DNA of 64,000 bases from positions 192,001 to 256,000 of the forward strand of contig OZ242195.1 of the NCBI GenBank assembly GCA_965205975.1, in the 5' to 3' direction. Below, one piece after another: positions 42,128-50,938 of this stretch; the stretch's first letter is position 1; each line of letters starts with the position of its first letter. A program made the translations under genes and the position numbers. The notes beneath the pieces are model-generated. The model had not been told where the DNA came from. It made no database searches and saw only the letters and a program-made list of their open reading frames with translations. Origin of the DNA: Candidatus Latescibacterota bacterium. GTDB taxonomy: Bacteria; Latescibacterota; UBA2968.

Positions 42128-43312
42128 TCAATTCAATGGGTTTTCGTTTTTTCCATGCAGGCGATAGAGGCCCACACCGCAGGCGAGTGCGCCGAGGCAA
42201 AATAAGACGGAGATGCCAAAGGGCCAGACGGGACCCCAGTCGATGAGTTTTCCGCCGCCGAGGCTGCCGGAGAGCATGCCCAGGCTCCAGGCGAGGTGGG
42301 CTGCGCCCACGATGCGGCCTTTTTCGTTTTCGCGGGCGATCAATTGTATGAGGCCCGGCATGGTGGTTGAGAGAGACCATGCCGAGGCGGTTGCGAGAAT
42401 GCCAAAGACGTAGATGCCAGTAAGGGTATGCGCGGTCAGGGCGAGGCCGAGCGCGCTGATGGCGACGAGCGATGCGGATACGAGGATGGGACGCCAGCGC
42501 CCAATGCGGTCGCAAAGCCGGCCGGTGAGTACCTGAAAACAAGCTGCGATGATCAGGCTGATGGCAGTATAATTCGTGGCTTCGGTGCTGGTGCCCGCGA
42601 TGCGAAAGATGAGCAGGGGCAAAAGCAGGGTGACGGCGCCCCAATAGCTGGTGGGCAGGTAGCGAATGCCCAGCAGGAGGCACACGTCGAGACGGCGGAA
42701 TAGTTGAATGAGTGCGGACAGGTTGCGACCATTGTCGGCAGATTTTGGCGAGGGAATCGCAGGGAGGATCAGGATGCTCATCAGGACGAGCAATACCCCT
42801 GCGAGTGTGATGCAAAAACCGAGGGTTTGAAATCCGAATGCATCGGCGATAGGGCCAGAGAGAAAGTTTCCCGAAGCAGAGCCGAGGGTGTTGCCGAGGA
42901 AATAACCTGCTGATGCGATGCCGATGACAGAGGATGGGGCTGCGCTGATCAAATAGCTTTGTCCTCCAGCGCTGTTAAATCCAGATGAGATGCCGATGCC
43001 GGTACACAGGGCGGTCAGGAGGAGAGGGTCACCGCTGTAAAAAATAACTCCGGCGAGAATAGGTCCCAGGGTGCCGAGGACGTAAACGGGTTTGACGCCC
43101 CAGGTATCGGCAAGGCGGCCTGCAGGCACGGCAAAGACACCGCCTAAAATGAGAAATGCTGCGCGTAATCCTCCGGAAAAGAGGGGCGTGCCGAGCAGGT
43201 CTGCTTCGACATATACGGGGAGGAGTGTGTTGAGGGGAGCAGAGACAAAGCTGCTAAAAAAAGAGACAACGAGCAGGGCGATGAAACGGCGATTGAGGAG
43301 TTCGGAGTACAT
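42128..43312 (-). CDS. MFS transporter
   Basis: About 12 hydrophobic segments; GRLAD.WG and GRLCDRIGR motifs. Confidence 0.9.
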   Translation of the reverse strand: MYSELLNRRFIALLVVSFFSSFVSAPLNTLLPVYVEADLLGTPLFSGGLRAAFLILGGVFAVPAGRLADTWGVKPVYVLGTLGPILAGVIFYSGDPLLLTALCTGIGISSGFNSAGGQSYLISAAPSSVIGIASAGYFLGNTLGSASGNFLSGPIADAFGFQTLGFCITLAGVLLVLMSILILPAIPSPKSADNGRNLSALIQLFRRLDVCLLLGIRYLPTSYWGAVTLLLPLLIFRIAGTSTEATNYTAISLIIAACFQVLTGRLCDRIGRWRPILVSASLVAISALGLALTAHTLTGIYVFGILATASAWSLSTTMPGLIQLIARENEKGRIVGAAHLAWSLGMLSGSLGGGKLIDWGPVWPFGISVLFCLGALACGVGLYRLHGKNENPLN

Positions 43313-43337
43313 TTTTTAATTTTTTTTGTTTTCGCCC

Positions 43338-43368
43338 TTGACTCTCCAGTTACTGGAAGGTGTATATT
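43338..43368 (+). promoter_or_regulatory. MerR-type promoter and operator
   Basis: TTGACT-19 bp-TATATT with dyad TCCAGT-T-ACTGGA in the spacer. Confidence 0.8.
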
Positions 43369-43411
43369 GTCCTTTGAAGGCCTTCAAACACCCGTTACAT
43401 GGAGAAAACCC

Positions 43412-44224
43412 ATGCTCAAAATTGGAGAATTTTCCAGGCTTGTCAACGTGCCGGTCAAGACGTTGCGCTACTACGACGAGATCGGTTTGTTCAAATCCGA
43501 TTACATCGATGAGCAAACCGGCTACCGCTTTTACTCATTCGAGCAACTCCCACGGCTCAATCGCCTGCTGGCGCTCAAAGATCTGGGTATGTCGCTGAGC
43601 CAGATTGATCAAATGCTGCGAGAAGACCTTTCGGCTGATCAACTTCGCGGTATGCTCTTGCTGAAACAGGTCGAACTCGAAGATCTTGCCAGGGATATCC
43701 GGGAACGCATTGCCCGCGTGGGTGCTCGATTAAGTCTTATCGAAATGGAGGATAAAATGCCAGATTATGAAGTTGTCATCAAAACAGTTGATCCGGTTCT
43801 GGTCGCTTCCAAACAAGAGGCCATTCCCAACGTTGAAACCATCGGTCCTGTGATGGACCGCCTGTACAATGGGGTTGTCGCCCATATTGTGAAACAGAAG
43901 GGACAGTTTGCAGGACCGGGCCTGACCTTGTGGCACGAATGGGGCGAAAATTTGCAAGCCGAGGCGACTTTGCCGATTAAAAAATCTATCCCAGAAGGCG
44001 ATGGCGTCAAGGTCCAAGAGTTGCCAAGTGATCAAATGGCGTGCCTGGTGCATCACGGAGATTTTGAGGGGTTTCCGCGAGCCTATCAATCGATCATTCA
44101 ATGGATTGAGGCCAATGGCTATGAGATCACCGGGCCGAATCGGCAAGTGCATTTGCAATTTAGTCCCGATGGCAATCCGAAGGATTATGTGACGGAAATA
44201 CAGTTCCCCGTGGCAAAAGTATAA
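43412..44224 (+). CDS. MerR-family regulator with GyrI-like effector domain (BmrR-like)
   Basis: IGEFSRL..V..KTLRYYDEIGL, TGYR.Y; C-terminal H.G......AY....WI...GY. Confidence 0.92.
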   Translation: MLKIGEFSRLVNVPVKTLRYYDEIGLFKSDYIDEQTGYRFYSFEQLPRLNRLLALKDLGMSLSQIDQMLREDLSADQLRGMLLLKQVELEDLARDIRERIARVGARLSLIEMEDKMPDYEVVIKTVDPVLVASKQEAIPNVETIGPVMDRLYNGVVAHIVKQKGQFAGPGLTLWHEWGENLQAEATLPIKKSIPEGDGVKVQELPSDQMACLVHHGDFEGFPRAYQSIIQWIEANGYEITGPNRQVHLQFSPDGNPKDYVTEIQFPVAKV

Positions 44225-44244
44225 GTTTGAGCGTCCGACAAGAG

Positions 44245-44280
44245 AAATACCGGGATGGTTTTGTGTCCCGGTATTTTTTT
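44245..44280. terminator. Hairpin terminator
   Basis: AAATACCGGGA..TCCCGGTATTT plus T tract. Confidence 0.7.
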
Positions 44281-45007
44281 AGTACAGGAAGTCTGGTTTG
44301 AATTTTTCGATGCAGTCGTGGCGCGTGCCTTCAAAGAGGTAGATTTTGCCGCGTATCGTCGCGGTTTCTTCGGGTGCGAGAGCACCTGCGCGAATCGATT
44401 GGTGCATGCAGCGCCAGGGGTTGTGACCTTGAACAGAGAGAAAGTCTGCCCAGGCTATGCCCGCCACCCAGGTGCGGTCTGTGGATTCGCGTATCAGAAT
44501 GCCGCCTGTGGCATTGATGGGCGATGTGGGCCATTTATCGGACCAGATGGTTTCGGTCTCTATTGCGCTGCGAAATGTGTGGTTGTAGTGAATGTCACGG
44601 CGGATGAGGGGGATCAGGCCTTCTTCGGCGAGGAAATAGGTGCGCTCGTGGTCGTCGTCAAAAAATGCTGGAGTTTCGGAGACTTCGGGCTGTTTGCCGG
44701 GGTTAAAGCAGGGGATAATCGCGGCAATTTCGGGCCAGGTACGATCGGTTTTGTTGGTGATAGAGAGCAGCAGATCAGCTCCATTTTCACACCCCGCGAC
44801 ATTGAGCCGCAGACCGAGGTCGGGGTGTTCGAGGACACCTGCATTGTCGTCCAGTGTTTTTTGCGGTACATGATCCCCGCCCGTGTGCTGACCCGGGTGT
44901 ACGGCTTCAAACATGTTCCACTCGTAGAACCAGAGGTACATGGTTAAATCATTTCGCCCTTCGGGCGCGAATGAAAATCCGCGTCGCCATTTATCCAATG
45001 TGATCAT
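44279..45007 (-). CDS. Hypothetical protein
   Basis: 242-aa ORF with protein-like composition; no recognised motif. Confidence 0.6.
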   Translation of the reverse strand: MITLDKWRRGFSFAPEGRNDLTMYLWFYEWNMFEAVHPGQHTGGDHVPQKTLDDNAGVLEHPDLGLRLNVAGCENGADLLLSITNKTDRTWPEIAAIIPCFNPGKQPEVSETPAFFDDDHERTYFLAEEGLIPLIRRDIHYNHTFRSAIETETIWSDKWPTSPINATGGILIRESTDRTWVAGIAWADFLSVQGHNPWRCMHQSIRAGALAPEETATIRGKIYLFEGTRHDCIEKFKPDFLY

Positions 45008-45086
45008 TTTTTAGCTCTCAGCGGGTCAGTCCCCGCTCAATTCCTCCGCCCTGTGGGTTTTTATCGCTCTCCAGTGCAGACTCTGC

Positions 45087-45890
45087 TTATCCTTCAATCC
45101 TGATTATCCTAATTGATCCTGATTTAGATATTTTTGCCATACCATTGGGCATGAAGATTTCGTGGCGCTCGGGGTCGGAGTAGCCTTCGATTTCCATGTG
45201 GGTGACGCCGGGGCTTTCGATAGCGGCTTTGACTATGTGTTTGTTAAATGTGCTGACAATTTCGCTGGAGAGGTACTCTGTGACGGGCAGCCAGAGGCAT
45301 TCTTCGATTTCTTCGGCCTGTATGGAAATATTTTCGCTCAAGGGTGAGAGGCGGCAGACAAAGTAGATGTCCGATTTGTTGTAGCGATAGCCGTGCCAGT
45401 GCCGGAAGCAGACCAATTTTTCAAATTTTGTACGCACACCGGTTTCTTCGAAGACTTCGCGCTGGACGCAGGCGGCAATGTGTTCGCCCGGGTGTAGAGC
45501 ACCTCCAGGGAGTTTGTAATAGGGCGATTCAGAGCGACGGTGCAATTCGCTGACAACCAATAGTTCTTCGCGGTCGTTGATGACGACTCCGCCCGCGCCT
45601 ATGTAATGCGTGGCGTATTCGGGGATGAGGGCATTGGGTTCGAGGCGTTTGGTGAGCAAGAGGTAGTCGGTTCCCGAGTGGTGGAATGAAAATCCCGCTT
45701 GTGTTGCTACCGGAATGAGTGTTGCCCGTTCAATGGGGATGTTGATCCAGACGACCTTAAATGCCTCGCGTTTCCACTCCTGGAGAGATGCTGAAAGGCG
45801 CGTGTGAAATTCTTCGGGATCGTGCGGTAGTGCTGCTGGATCGAGTTCAATGCCCTGAAAGCGGTTTGGTGTGGCTTCGAGTATTTGCAT
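45087..45890 (-). CDS. NUDIX hydrolase
   Basis: Nudix box LPGG....GE.......REVFEETG. Confidence 0.9.
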   Translation of the reverse strand: MQILEATPNRFQGIELDPAALPHDPEEFHTRLSASLQEWKREAFKVVWINIPIERATLIPVATQAGFSFHHSGTDYLLLTKRLEPNALIPEYATHYIGAGGVVINDREELLVVSELHRRSESPYYKLPGGALHPGEHIAACVQREVFEETGVRTKFEKLVCFRHWHGYRYNKSDIYFVCRLSPLSENISIQAEEIEECLWLPVTEYLSSEIVSTFNKHIVKAAIESPGVTHMEIEGYSDPERHEIFMPNGMAKISKSGSIRIIRIEG

Positions 45891-46071
45891 ATATTACCTC
45901 GTTCATAGTATGGTTATGACCGGCACATGGTAAGGAACATCACAAAATTGAGCAAGGGGTTTGCGGTGGGTAGTTCTACTTGACAGCGGTTATGAGGACA
46001 ATCATATTTGATAAAGTGAAGTGGTTGAAACAGTTGATGGGGTGGAGGCGTTAAATTGAGGGAGGGGTAAT

Positions 46072-47268
46072 ATGGCGTCTATTTTTGAACAGTTGGGCGT
46101 GCGCACGATTATCAATGCTGCCGGGCCAGTTACGCGTTTGAGCGGGGCGCGCATGGATGAGGATGTGATCAGTGCCATGTGCGAGGCGGCGCAGGTGTGC
46201 GTGGATATTGCAGAGCTACAGGCAGGTGCCGGGCAGTTGATTGCCGAAGCGACAGGTGCCGAAGCCGGATATGTGACATCGGGCGCTGCGGCGGGGCTGG
46301 TGCTCGCAACGGCGGCGTGTGTTACGGGTATGGATCCGGGCAAGATGAACCGTTTGCCCGATACATCGGGGATGAAAAATGAGGTGATTATGCCCCGGTC
46401 GCATCGCAACTTTTACGATCACGCGGTGCGTTCGGTAGGTGTGACACTCATTGAGGTGGGTATTCCCGATCGGTTTAGCGGCGCGGGGGTGCGCGATACA
46501 GAGGCATGGGAAATTGCCGATGCGATGACCGATCAGACCGCGGCGATTGTTTATGTGGCACAGTCTTTCGCGCAACCGCCTTTGCCACAGGTGACGGCTG
46601 TGGCGCACAAATGTGGGGTGCCCGTCATTGTCGATGCTGCTGGGCAGTTGCCTCCTGCGGCAAATTTGAGGCGGTTTATCAGCGAAGGTGCTGATGCGGT
46701 TTGTTTTAGCGGCGGTAAAACCATTGGCGGGCCTCAAGGGGCGGGCATTTTGTGCGGTCGTCGCGATCTGATTTCCTCGGCGGCATTGCAGCATCTGGAT
46801 CTGGATGTGCATTATGACCTTTGGAACCCACCCCCTGAATTGATCGATAAATCCGCATTGCCAGGTGCGCCGCAGCACGGGATTGGGCGGCCGTGCAAGG
46901 TGGGGAAAGAGCAGATTGCGGGGCTGATGGTTGCACTACAAAAGTTCGTCGCAGAAAGCGACGAGGCGCGACAGGCTCGCTGGTCGCAGTACCTTCATAG
47001 TTTGGCAGATGCGATAGGCGATTTGCCGGGGTGTGATATTCGCCTGGAAGCCTATCGCACAATACCTATTTTGCGGCTCGCGCTTTCTCCAGCAGAAAGA
47101 GGCGTGGAGGTGGCGCGGCAGTTAATGGAAGGTGATCCGAGTATTCATGTGAGCACATCGGGCGTTTACGATGGCGTGTTGACTTTTAATCCCGTATGTT
47201 TGTCAGAAGACATGATCAAACCGATTGCCGATCGGTTAAAAGTGTTAATTACGAATTGCGATTCGTGA
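46072..47268 (+). CDS. SelA-like/DgaE-family PLP-dependent enzyme
   Basis: INAAG..T.L.G, TSGAAAG, VDAA, FSGGK..GGPQ. Confidence 0.85.
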   Translation: MASIFEQLGVRTIINAAGPVTRLSGARMDEDVISAMCEAAQVCVDIAELQAGAGQLIAEATGAEAGYVTSGAAAGLVLATAACVTGMDPGKMNRLPDTSGMKNEVIMPRSHRNFYDHAVRSVGVTLIEVGIPDRFSGAGVRDTEAWEIADAMTDQTAAIVYVAQSFAQPPLPQVTAVAHKCGVPVIVDAAGQLPPAANLRRFISEGADAVCFSGGKTIGGPQGAGILCGRRDLISSAALQHLDLDVHYDLWNPPPELIDKSALPGAPQHGIGRPCKVGKEQIAGLMVALQKFVAESDEARQARWSQYLHSLADAIGDLPGCDIRLEAYRTIPILRLALSPAERGVEVARQLMEGDPSIHVSTSGVYDGVLTFNPVCLSEDMIKPIADRLKVLITNCDS

Positions 47269-47336
47269 GGTTCCCAACCATTGTACGCAGGCTTTGCCTG
47301 AGCACTAATTCCCCTATTTTACAGAGGAGGCGTGCC

Positions 47337-48023
47337 ATGGGTGTTATCACTATTTCAAGGGAATACGGCAGTGATGGCCGTACTGTTGCCCGGAAGGTTG
47401 CCGAGGCACTGTCCTATCACAATATAGATAAAGAATTGCTCGTGGAGGTGGCGCAAAAAGCCAAAGTGCCCGTGTCAGAAGTTGAACGCTATGACGAACT
47501 ACCCGAACATCCCGCACTGAGAATTTTGAGAAAATTTCTCACGCCTGGATATGCAGATACCTTGACGGGGTTGTCGGAATACGAGTGGTGGGCTGCGGCG
47601 ACCGTGCCCGAGTTGTCCGACCACAGAGATCAGGCACTGATAACCATGGATGAAGAGGTGTACGCGAAGTTGACCGCAGAGGTAGAGATGCAGATGGCCG
47701 ATCAGGGCGATGTGGTTATATTGGGGAGGGGTGGGCAGGCTGTCTTGAAGGGACGCGAAGATACGTTGCATGTGCGCGTGGTGGCGACGCAAGACTTTAA
47801 GCTGGATGTGGTGAAAGAGCGCGATCAGTTGACTAACGACGAGGATGCAATAAGGCGAATGAGAGAAGTGGATGATCGTCGCAGGACGTACATCAAACGC
47901 CATTACAGGGTGGACTGGGATAATCCACATCTATACTCTGCAATAGTGAATACCGGCTTTCTGGGCGTTGATGGAGCCGTAGATGCGATTGTTTGCGCTG
48001 CACAGAAGGTGATCCGCAGATGA
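47337..48023 (+). CDS. Cytidylate kinase-like family protein
   Basis: ITISREYGS.G, VILGRGG, D..R..Y. Confidence 0.85.
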   Translation: MGVITISREYGSDGRTVARKVAEALSYHNIDKELLVEVAQKAKVPVSEVERYDELPEHPALRILRKFLTPGYADTLTGLSEYEWWAAATVPELSDHRDQALITMDEEVYAKLTAEVEMQMADQGDVVILGRGGQAVLKGREDTLHVRVVATQDFKLDVVKERDQLTNDEDAIRRMREVDDRRRTYIKRHYRVDWDNPHLYSAIVNTGFLGVDGAVDAIVCAAQKVIRR

Positions 48024-48076
48024 ACGCAGATGAACGCAGATGAACACAGATTGTAGGGGCGAGGCATGCCTCGCCC
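48014..48076. repeat. AACGCAGATG tandem plus GTAG REP-like palindrome
   Basis: Same family; GTAGGGGCGAGGCATGCCTCGCCC. Confidence 0.72.
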
Positions 48077-48083
48077 TTCTTTT

Positions 48084-49496
48084 TTAAAGTCCCATTTCGA
48101 TATACGCCCGTGCGATTTTTTCTATGGCTATGACAAAAGCAGCGGTGCGTAAATCCGGCACGTTGTCGCGCGATTTGTGGATTTCACTCATGGTTTGATA
48201 GGCGATGCTCATGGTGTCTTCGAGGCCAGAGCGCACGAGGTCCAGTTCATCCGAGCCGTAAGAGAGTCTTGCCTTGAGATGGTCTGGAACGGGTTTGCCA
48301 ACCATTTCTTCCAGGGCGGTGATGATTTGCGCGCCGCGATGTGCTTCGTGGCGTCTGTCGAGGCGTCCGAACCGGATGTGCGAGAGGTTCTTGATCCATT
48401 CAAAATAAGAAACTGTGACGCCGCCCGCATTGAGGTAGGCGTCGGGTATGATGGTTTTTCCCGCTTTGCGCAATACGTTGTCTGCCATGTAAGTGATGGG
48501 ACCGTTGGCAGCTTCTGCAATTACTGGCGCTTTGATGCGTCTGGCATTTTCAAGTGTGATCTGGCCTTCAATGGCGGCTGGTATGAGCACGTCGCATTCT
48601 GCTTCGAGCAGGCTTTTGCCATTTGCGACATACGTGGCTCTCGGAAAGTGTTTTAATGAACCGCGTTCCGCGCGGTAAGCAGCGGCTTCTTCAACTGAAA
48701 ATCCCTTCTCTGACAGGATTGCTCCTTCGCGTTCAATAATGCCGATGATGCGCGCGCCACCTTCTTCTTCGAGATATTTGGTCGCGTGAAAGCCCACATT
48801 GCCCAATCCCTGCACGATAATGCGTTTGTCTTCCAAATTGCCTTCCAGTCCCGCGTTTTTGACGTCTTCCGGGTTATTAAAAAATTCTTTGATGCCGTAA
48901 AATACACCCCGTCCAGTTGCTTCGACGCGCCCCTGAATGCCACCCTGGGAAAAGGGTTTGCCCGTTGTGCAGGCAATGGCGTTGATGTCTTCGGGGTGCA
49001 GGCTGCGATACGTGTCTGCGATCCAGGCCATTTCTCGTTCTCCAGTTCCCATGTCGGGTGCTGGGACGTTGAGGGCTGGATTGATATATCCCTTTTTGAT
49101 CAATTCCTGTGCAAAACGTCGGGTAATGAGCTCGAGTTCATGTTCGTTGTATTCTCGGGGATCAATGCACAGGCCACCTTTGGCACCGCCAAAGGGCACA
49201 TCGACGATCGCGCATTTGTACGTCATGAGTGCGGCGAGCGCTTCTACGTCATCCTGGCTGACTGTGGGTGCGTAACGGATGCCTCCTTTGACGGGCAAGC
49301 GATGCTCGCTGTGAACAGAGCGCCATCCCGTGAAGATGCGATAGGTGTCGCGGAGTTTGACAAAGAAGCGCACCATGTAAATGTTGTTGTTGATTTTGAT
49401 CTGGTCGGCCAGTCCTGGGGGCAAATCGAGCGTTGCGATTGCGCGGTCAAACATGAGGTCAACGCTTTCTTTGAAGCTGAGTTCATGTGAGGCCAT
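48084..49496 (-). CDS. Glu/Leu/Phe/Val dehydrogenase (glutamate dehydrogenase)
   Basis: KGGIRY, PFGGAKGG, PAPDMGT, QGLGNVG, EAANGP, NAGGVTVSYFEW. Confidence 0.93.
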   Translation of the reverse strand: MASHELSFKESVDLMFDRAIATLDLPPGLADQIKINNNIYMVRFFVKLRDTYRIFTGWRSVHSEHRLPVKGGIRYAPTVSQDDVEALAALMTYKCAIVDVPFGGAKGGLCIDPREYNEHELELITRRFAQELIKKGYINPALNVPAPDMGTGEREMAWIADTYRSLHPEDINAIACTTGKPFSQGGIQGRVEATGRGVFYGIKEFFNNPEDVKNAGLEGNLEDKRIIVQGLGNVGFHATKYLEEEGGARIIGIIEREGAILSEKGFSVEEAAAYRAERGSLKHFPRATYVANGKSLLEAECDVLIPAAIEGQITLENARRIKAPVIAEAANGPITYMADNVLRKAGKTIIPDAYLNAGGVTVSYFEWIKNLSHIRFGRLDRRHEAHRGAQIITALEEMVGKPVPDHLKARLSYGSDELDLVRSGLEDTMSIAYQTMSEIHKSRDNVPDLRTAAFVIAIEKIARAYIEMGL

Positions 49497-49531
49497 AAGT
49501 GTTTCTCCGAAAATGGTGAGATGAAGTGTTC

Positions 49532-50431
49532 TTATCCCGTTTTTAACAGATGATGCAGAGCAGGCTCAAGGTGGGGATGGGCAAAGGAGAAGTTGGTGTT
49601 TTCGAGGCGCGAAGATATAACGCGGGTGCTTGCGAGCAGGAGGGCATCAGCCATTTCGCCCAGTGCGAGTTTGGCGGCAAATGCGGGTAGTGGAAAAATT
49701 GTCGGGCGAGATAAGACGCGACCGAGGGTTTTGGTAAATTCGCGATTGGTGACAGGTGTTGGAGATACGGCGTTGATTGCGCCGCTGACGGATTCGTTGT
49801 CTATTGCCAAGAGGAATAGAGAGACCAGGTCGTCAAGGGTGATCCAACTCATGTACTGATTGCCCGATCCGATGATGCCGCCCAATCCCAATTTGAAGGG
49901 CAAGAGCATTTTGCCGAGTGCTCCGCCTGTAGGGGATAGGACAATGCCGATGCGCGGATGAACGGTTCGTATGCCAGCTTCTGTGGCGGGTTTGGCGGCG
50001 TTTTCCCAGGCAATGGATACGTCGGGGAGAAAGCCGTCTCCAGGCTCGCTGTCTTCGGTGAGGATTTCGTCGTCGCGATGGCCGTAATAACCGATGGCAG
50101 AAGCGGAGATGAAGACTTTTGGCGGCGGAGATATAGATGTGAGTGTTTGGGCGAGCAATGCGGTGCCCTGTACGCGGCTGTCGCGGATGCGTGTCTTTTG
50201 AGCTGCTGTCCAGCGTCGAGAGGCGATATTTTCCCCGGCGAGGTGTATGACCCCATCTATGTTGGTGAGGCACGAGGGATCAAGGGTATTAGAAGATGGA
50301 TCCCAGGAGATTTCACTGTCGTTGCGGGCATTGCGCCGGGTGAGAGACAAGACGCGATCACCGCGCTTTCTCAGTGCGGTTTTGAGTGCCGAGCCGATGA
50401 GGCCAGAAGCACCGGATATCAGGATTTTCAT
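49532..50431 (-). CDS. TIGR01777-type NAD-dependent epimerase/oxidoreductase
   Basis: GASGLIG, HLAGENI...RW....K..I..SR, SASAIGYYG. Confidence 0.9.
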   Translation of the reverse strand: MKILISGASGLIGSALKTALRKRGDRVLSLTRRNARNDSEISWDPSSNTLDPSCLTNIDGVIHLAGENIASRRWTAAQKTRIRDSRVQGTALLAQTLTSISPPPKVFISASAIGYYGHRDDEILTEDSEPGDGFLPDVSIAWENAAKPATEAGIRTVHPRIGIVLSPTGGALGKMLLPFKLGLGGIIGSGNQYMSWITLDDLVSLFLLAIDNESVSGAINAVSPTPVTNREFTKTLGRVLSRPTIFPLPAFAAKLALGEMADALLLASTRVISSRLENTNFSFAHPHLEPALHHLLKTG

Positions 50432-50445
50432 AATTTTTAACTTTC

Positions 50446-50516
50446 GGGACGGCACAGGGGCCGTCCCCTACGGTGATATTGTGGTTTGTTGTAGGGACAA
50501 CCCCCTGTGGTTGTCC
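50446..50516. repeat. Pair of GTAG REP-like palindromes
   Basis: GGGACGGC..GCCGTCCCCTAC and GTAGGGACAACC..GGTTGTCC. Confidence 0.65.
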
Positions 50517-50521
50517 GCTGA

Positions 50522-50935
50522 CTACTGTTGATAGAGCATCAGATAGATGATGACGCCGGTAATTGAGACAAATATCCAACTGGGCCAAACCCACCGGGCC
50601 AGGCGGCGGTGGCGATCAAATTCGCCTTTGTAGGCTCGCCAGACAAGCGCGATGATAAAGGGCACGTTGACAGCGGCAAGGATGATGTGCGGAATGAGTA
50701 TGGCAAAGTAGATCGGGCGCGTCCAATCGCGGTGTGGATAGGGCACAGAACCGACCTGGCTGTGATAAATGAGGTATGAAGTCAGAAAGAGAGCCGACAA
50801 GATCAACGCTGTGACCATGCATTTCTGATGCGTTTTGATGTCGCCGCGTTTGATATAGATGAATCCCAACAGAAGAAATATGGTGCAAAGTCCGTTGAGA
50901 AAGGCGTTTGTCGCGGGTAAGTCTGTGATGGACAT
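50522..50935 (-). CDS. DUF420 membrane protein
   Basis: LP..NA.LN, FL.SYL.YH, YF.IL..HI.LA, HRRLAR. Confidence 0.85.
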   Translation of the reverse strand: MSITDLPATNAFLNGLCTIFLLLGFIYIKRGDIKTHQKCMVTALILSALFLTSYLIYHSQVGSVPYPHRDWTRPIYFAILIPHIILAAVNVPFIIALVWRAYKGEFDRHRRLARWVWPSWIFVSITGVIIYLMLYQQ

Positions 50936-50938
50936 AGT

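Noticed and set aside
46072..47268. Selenocysteine synthase selA
   Set aside because: Shorter SelA-like family; no selB or tRNA-Sec nearby.
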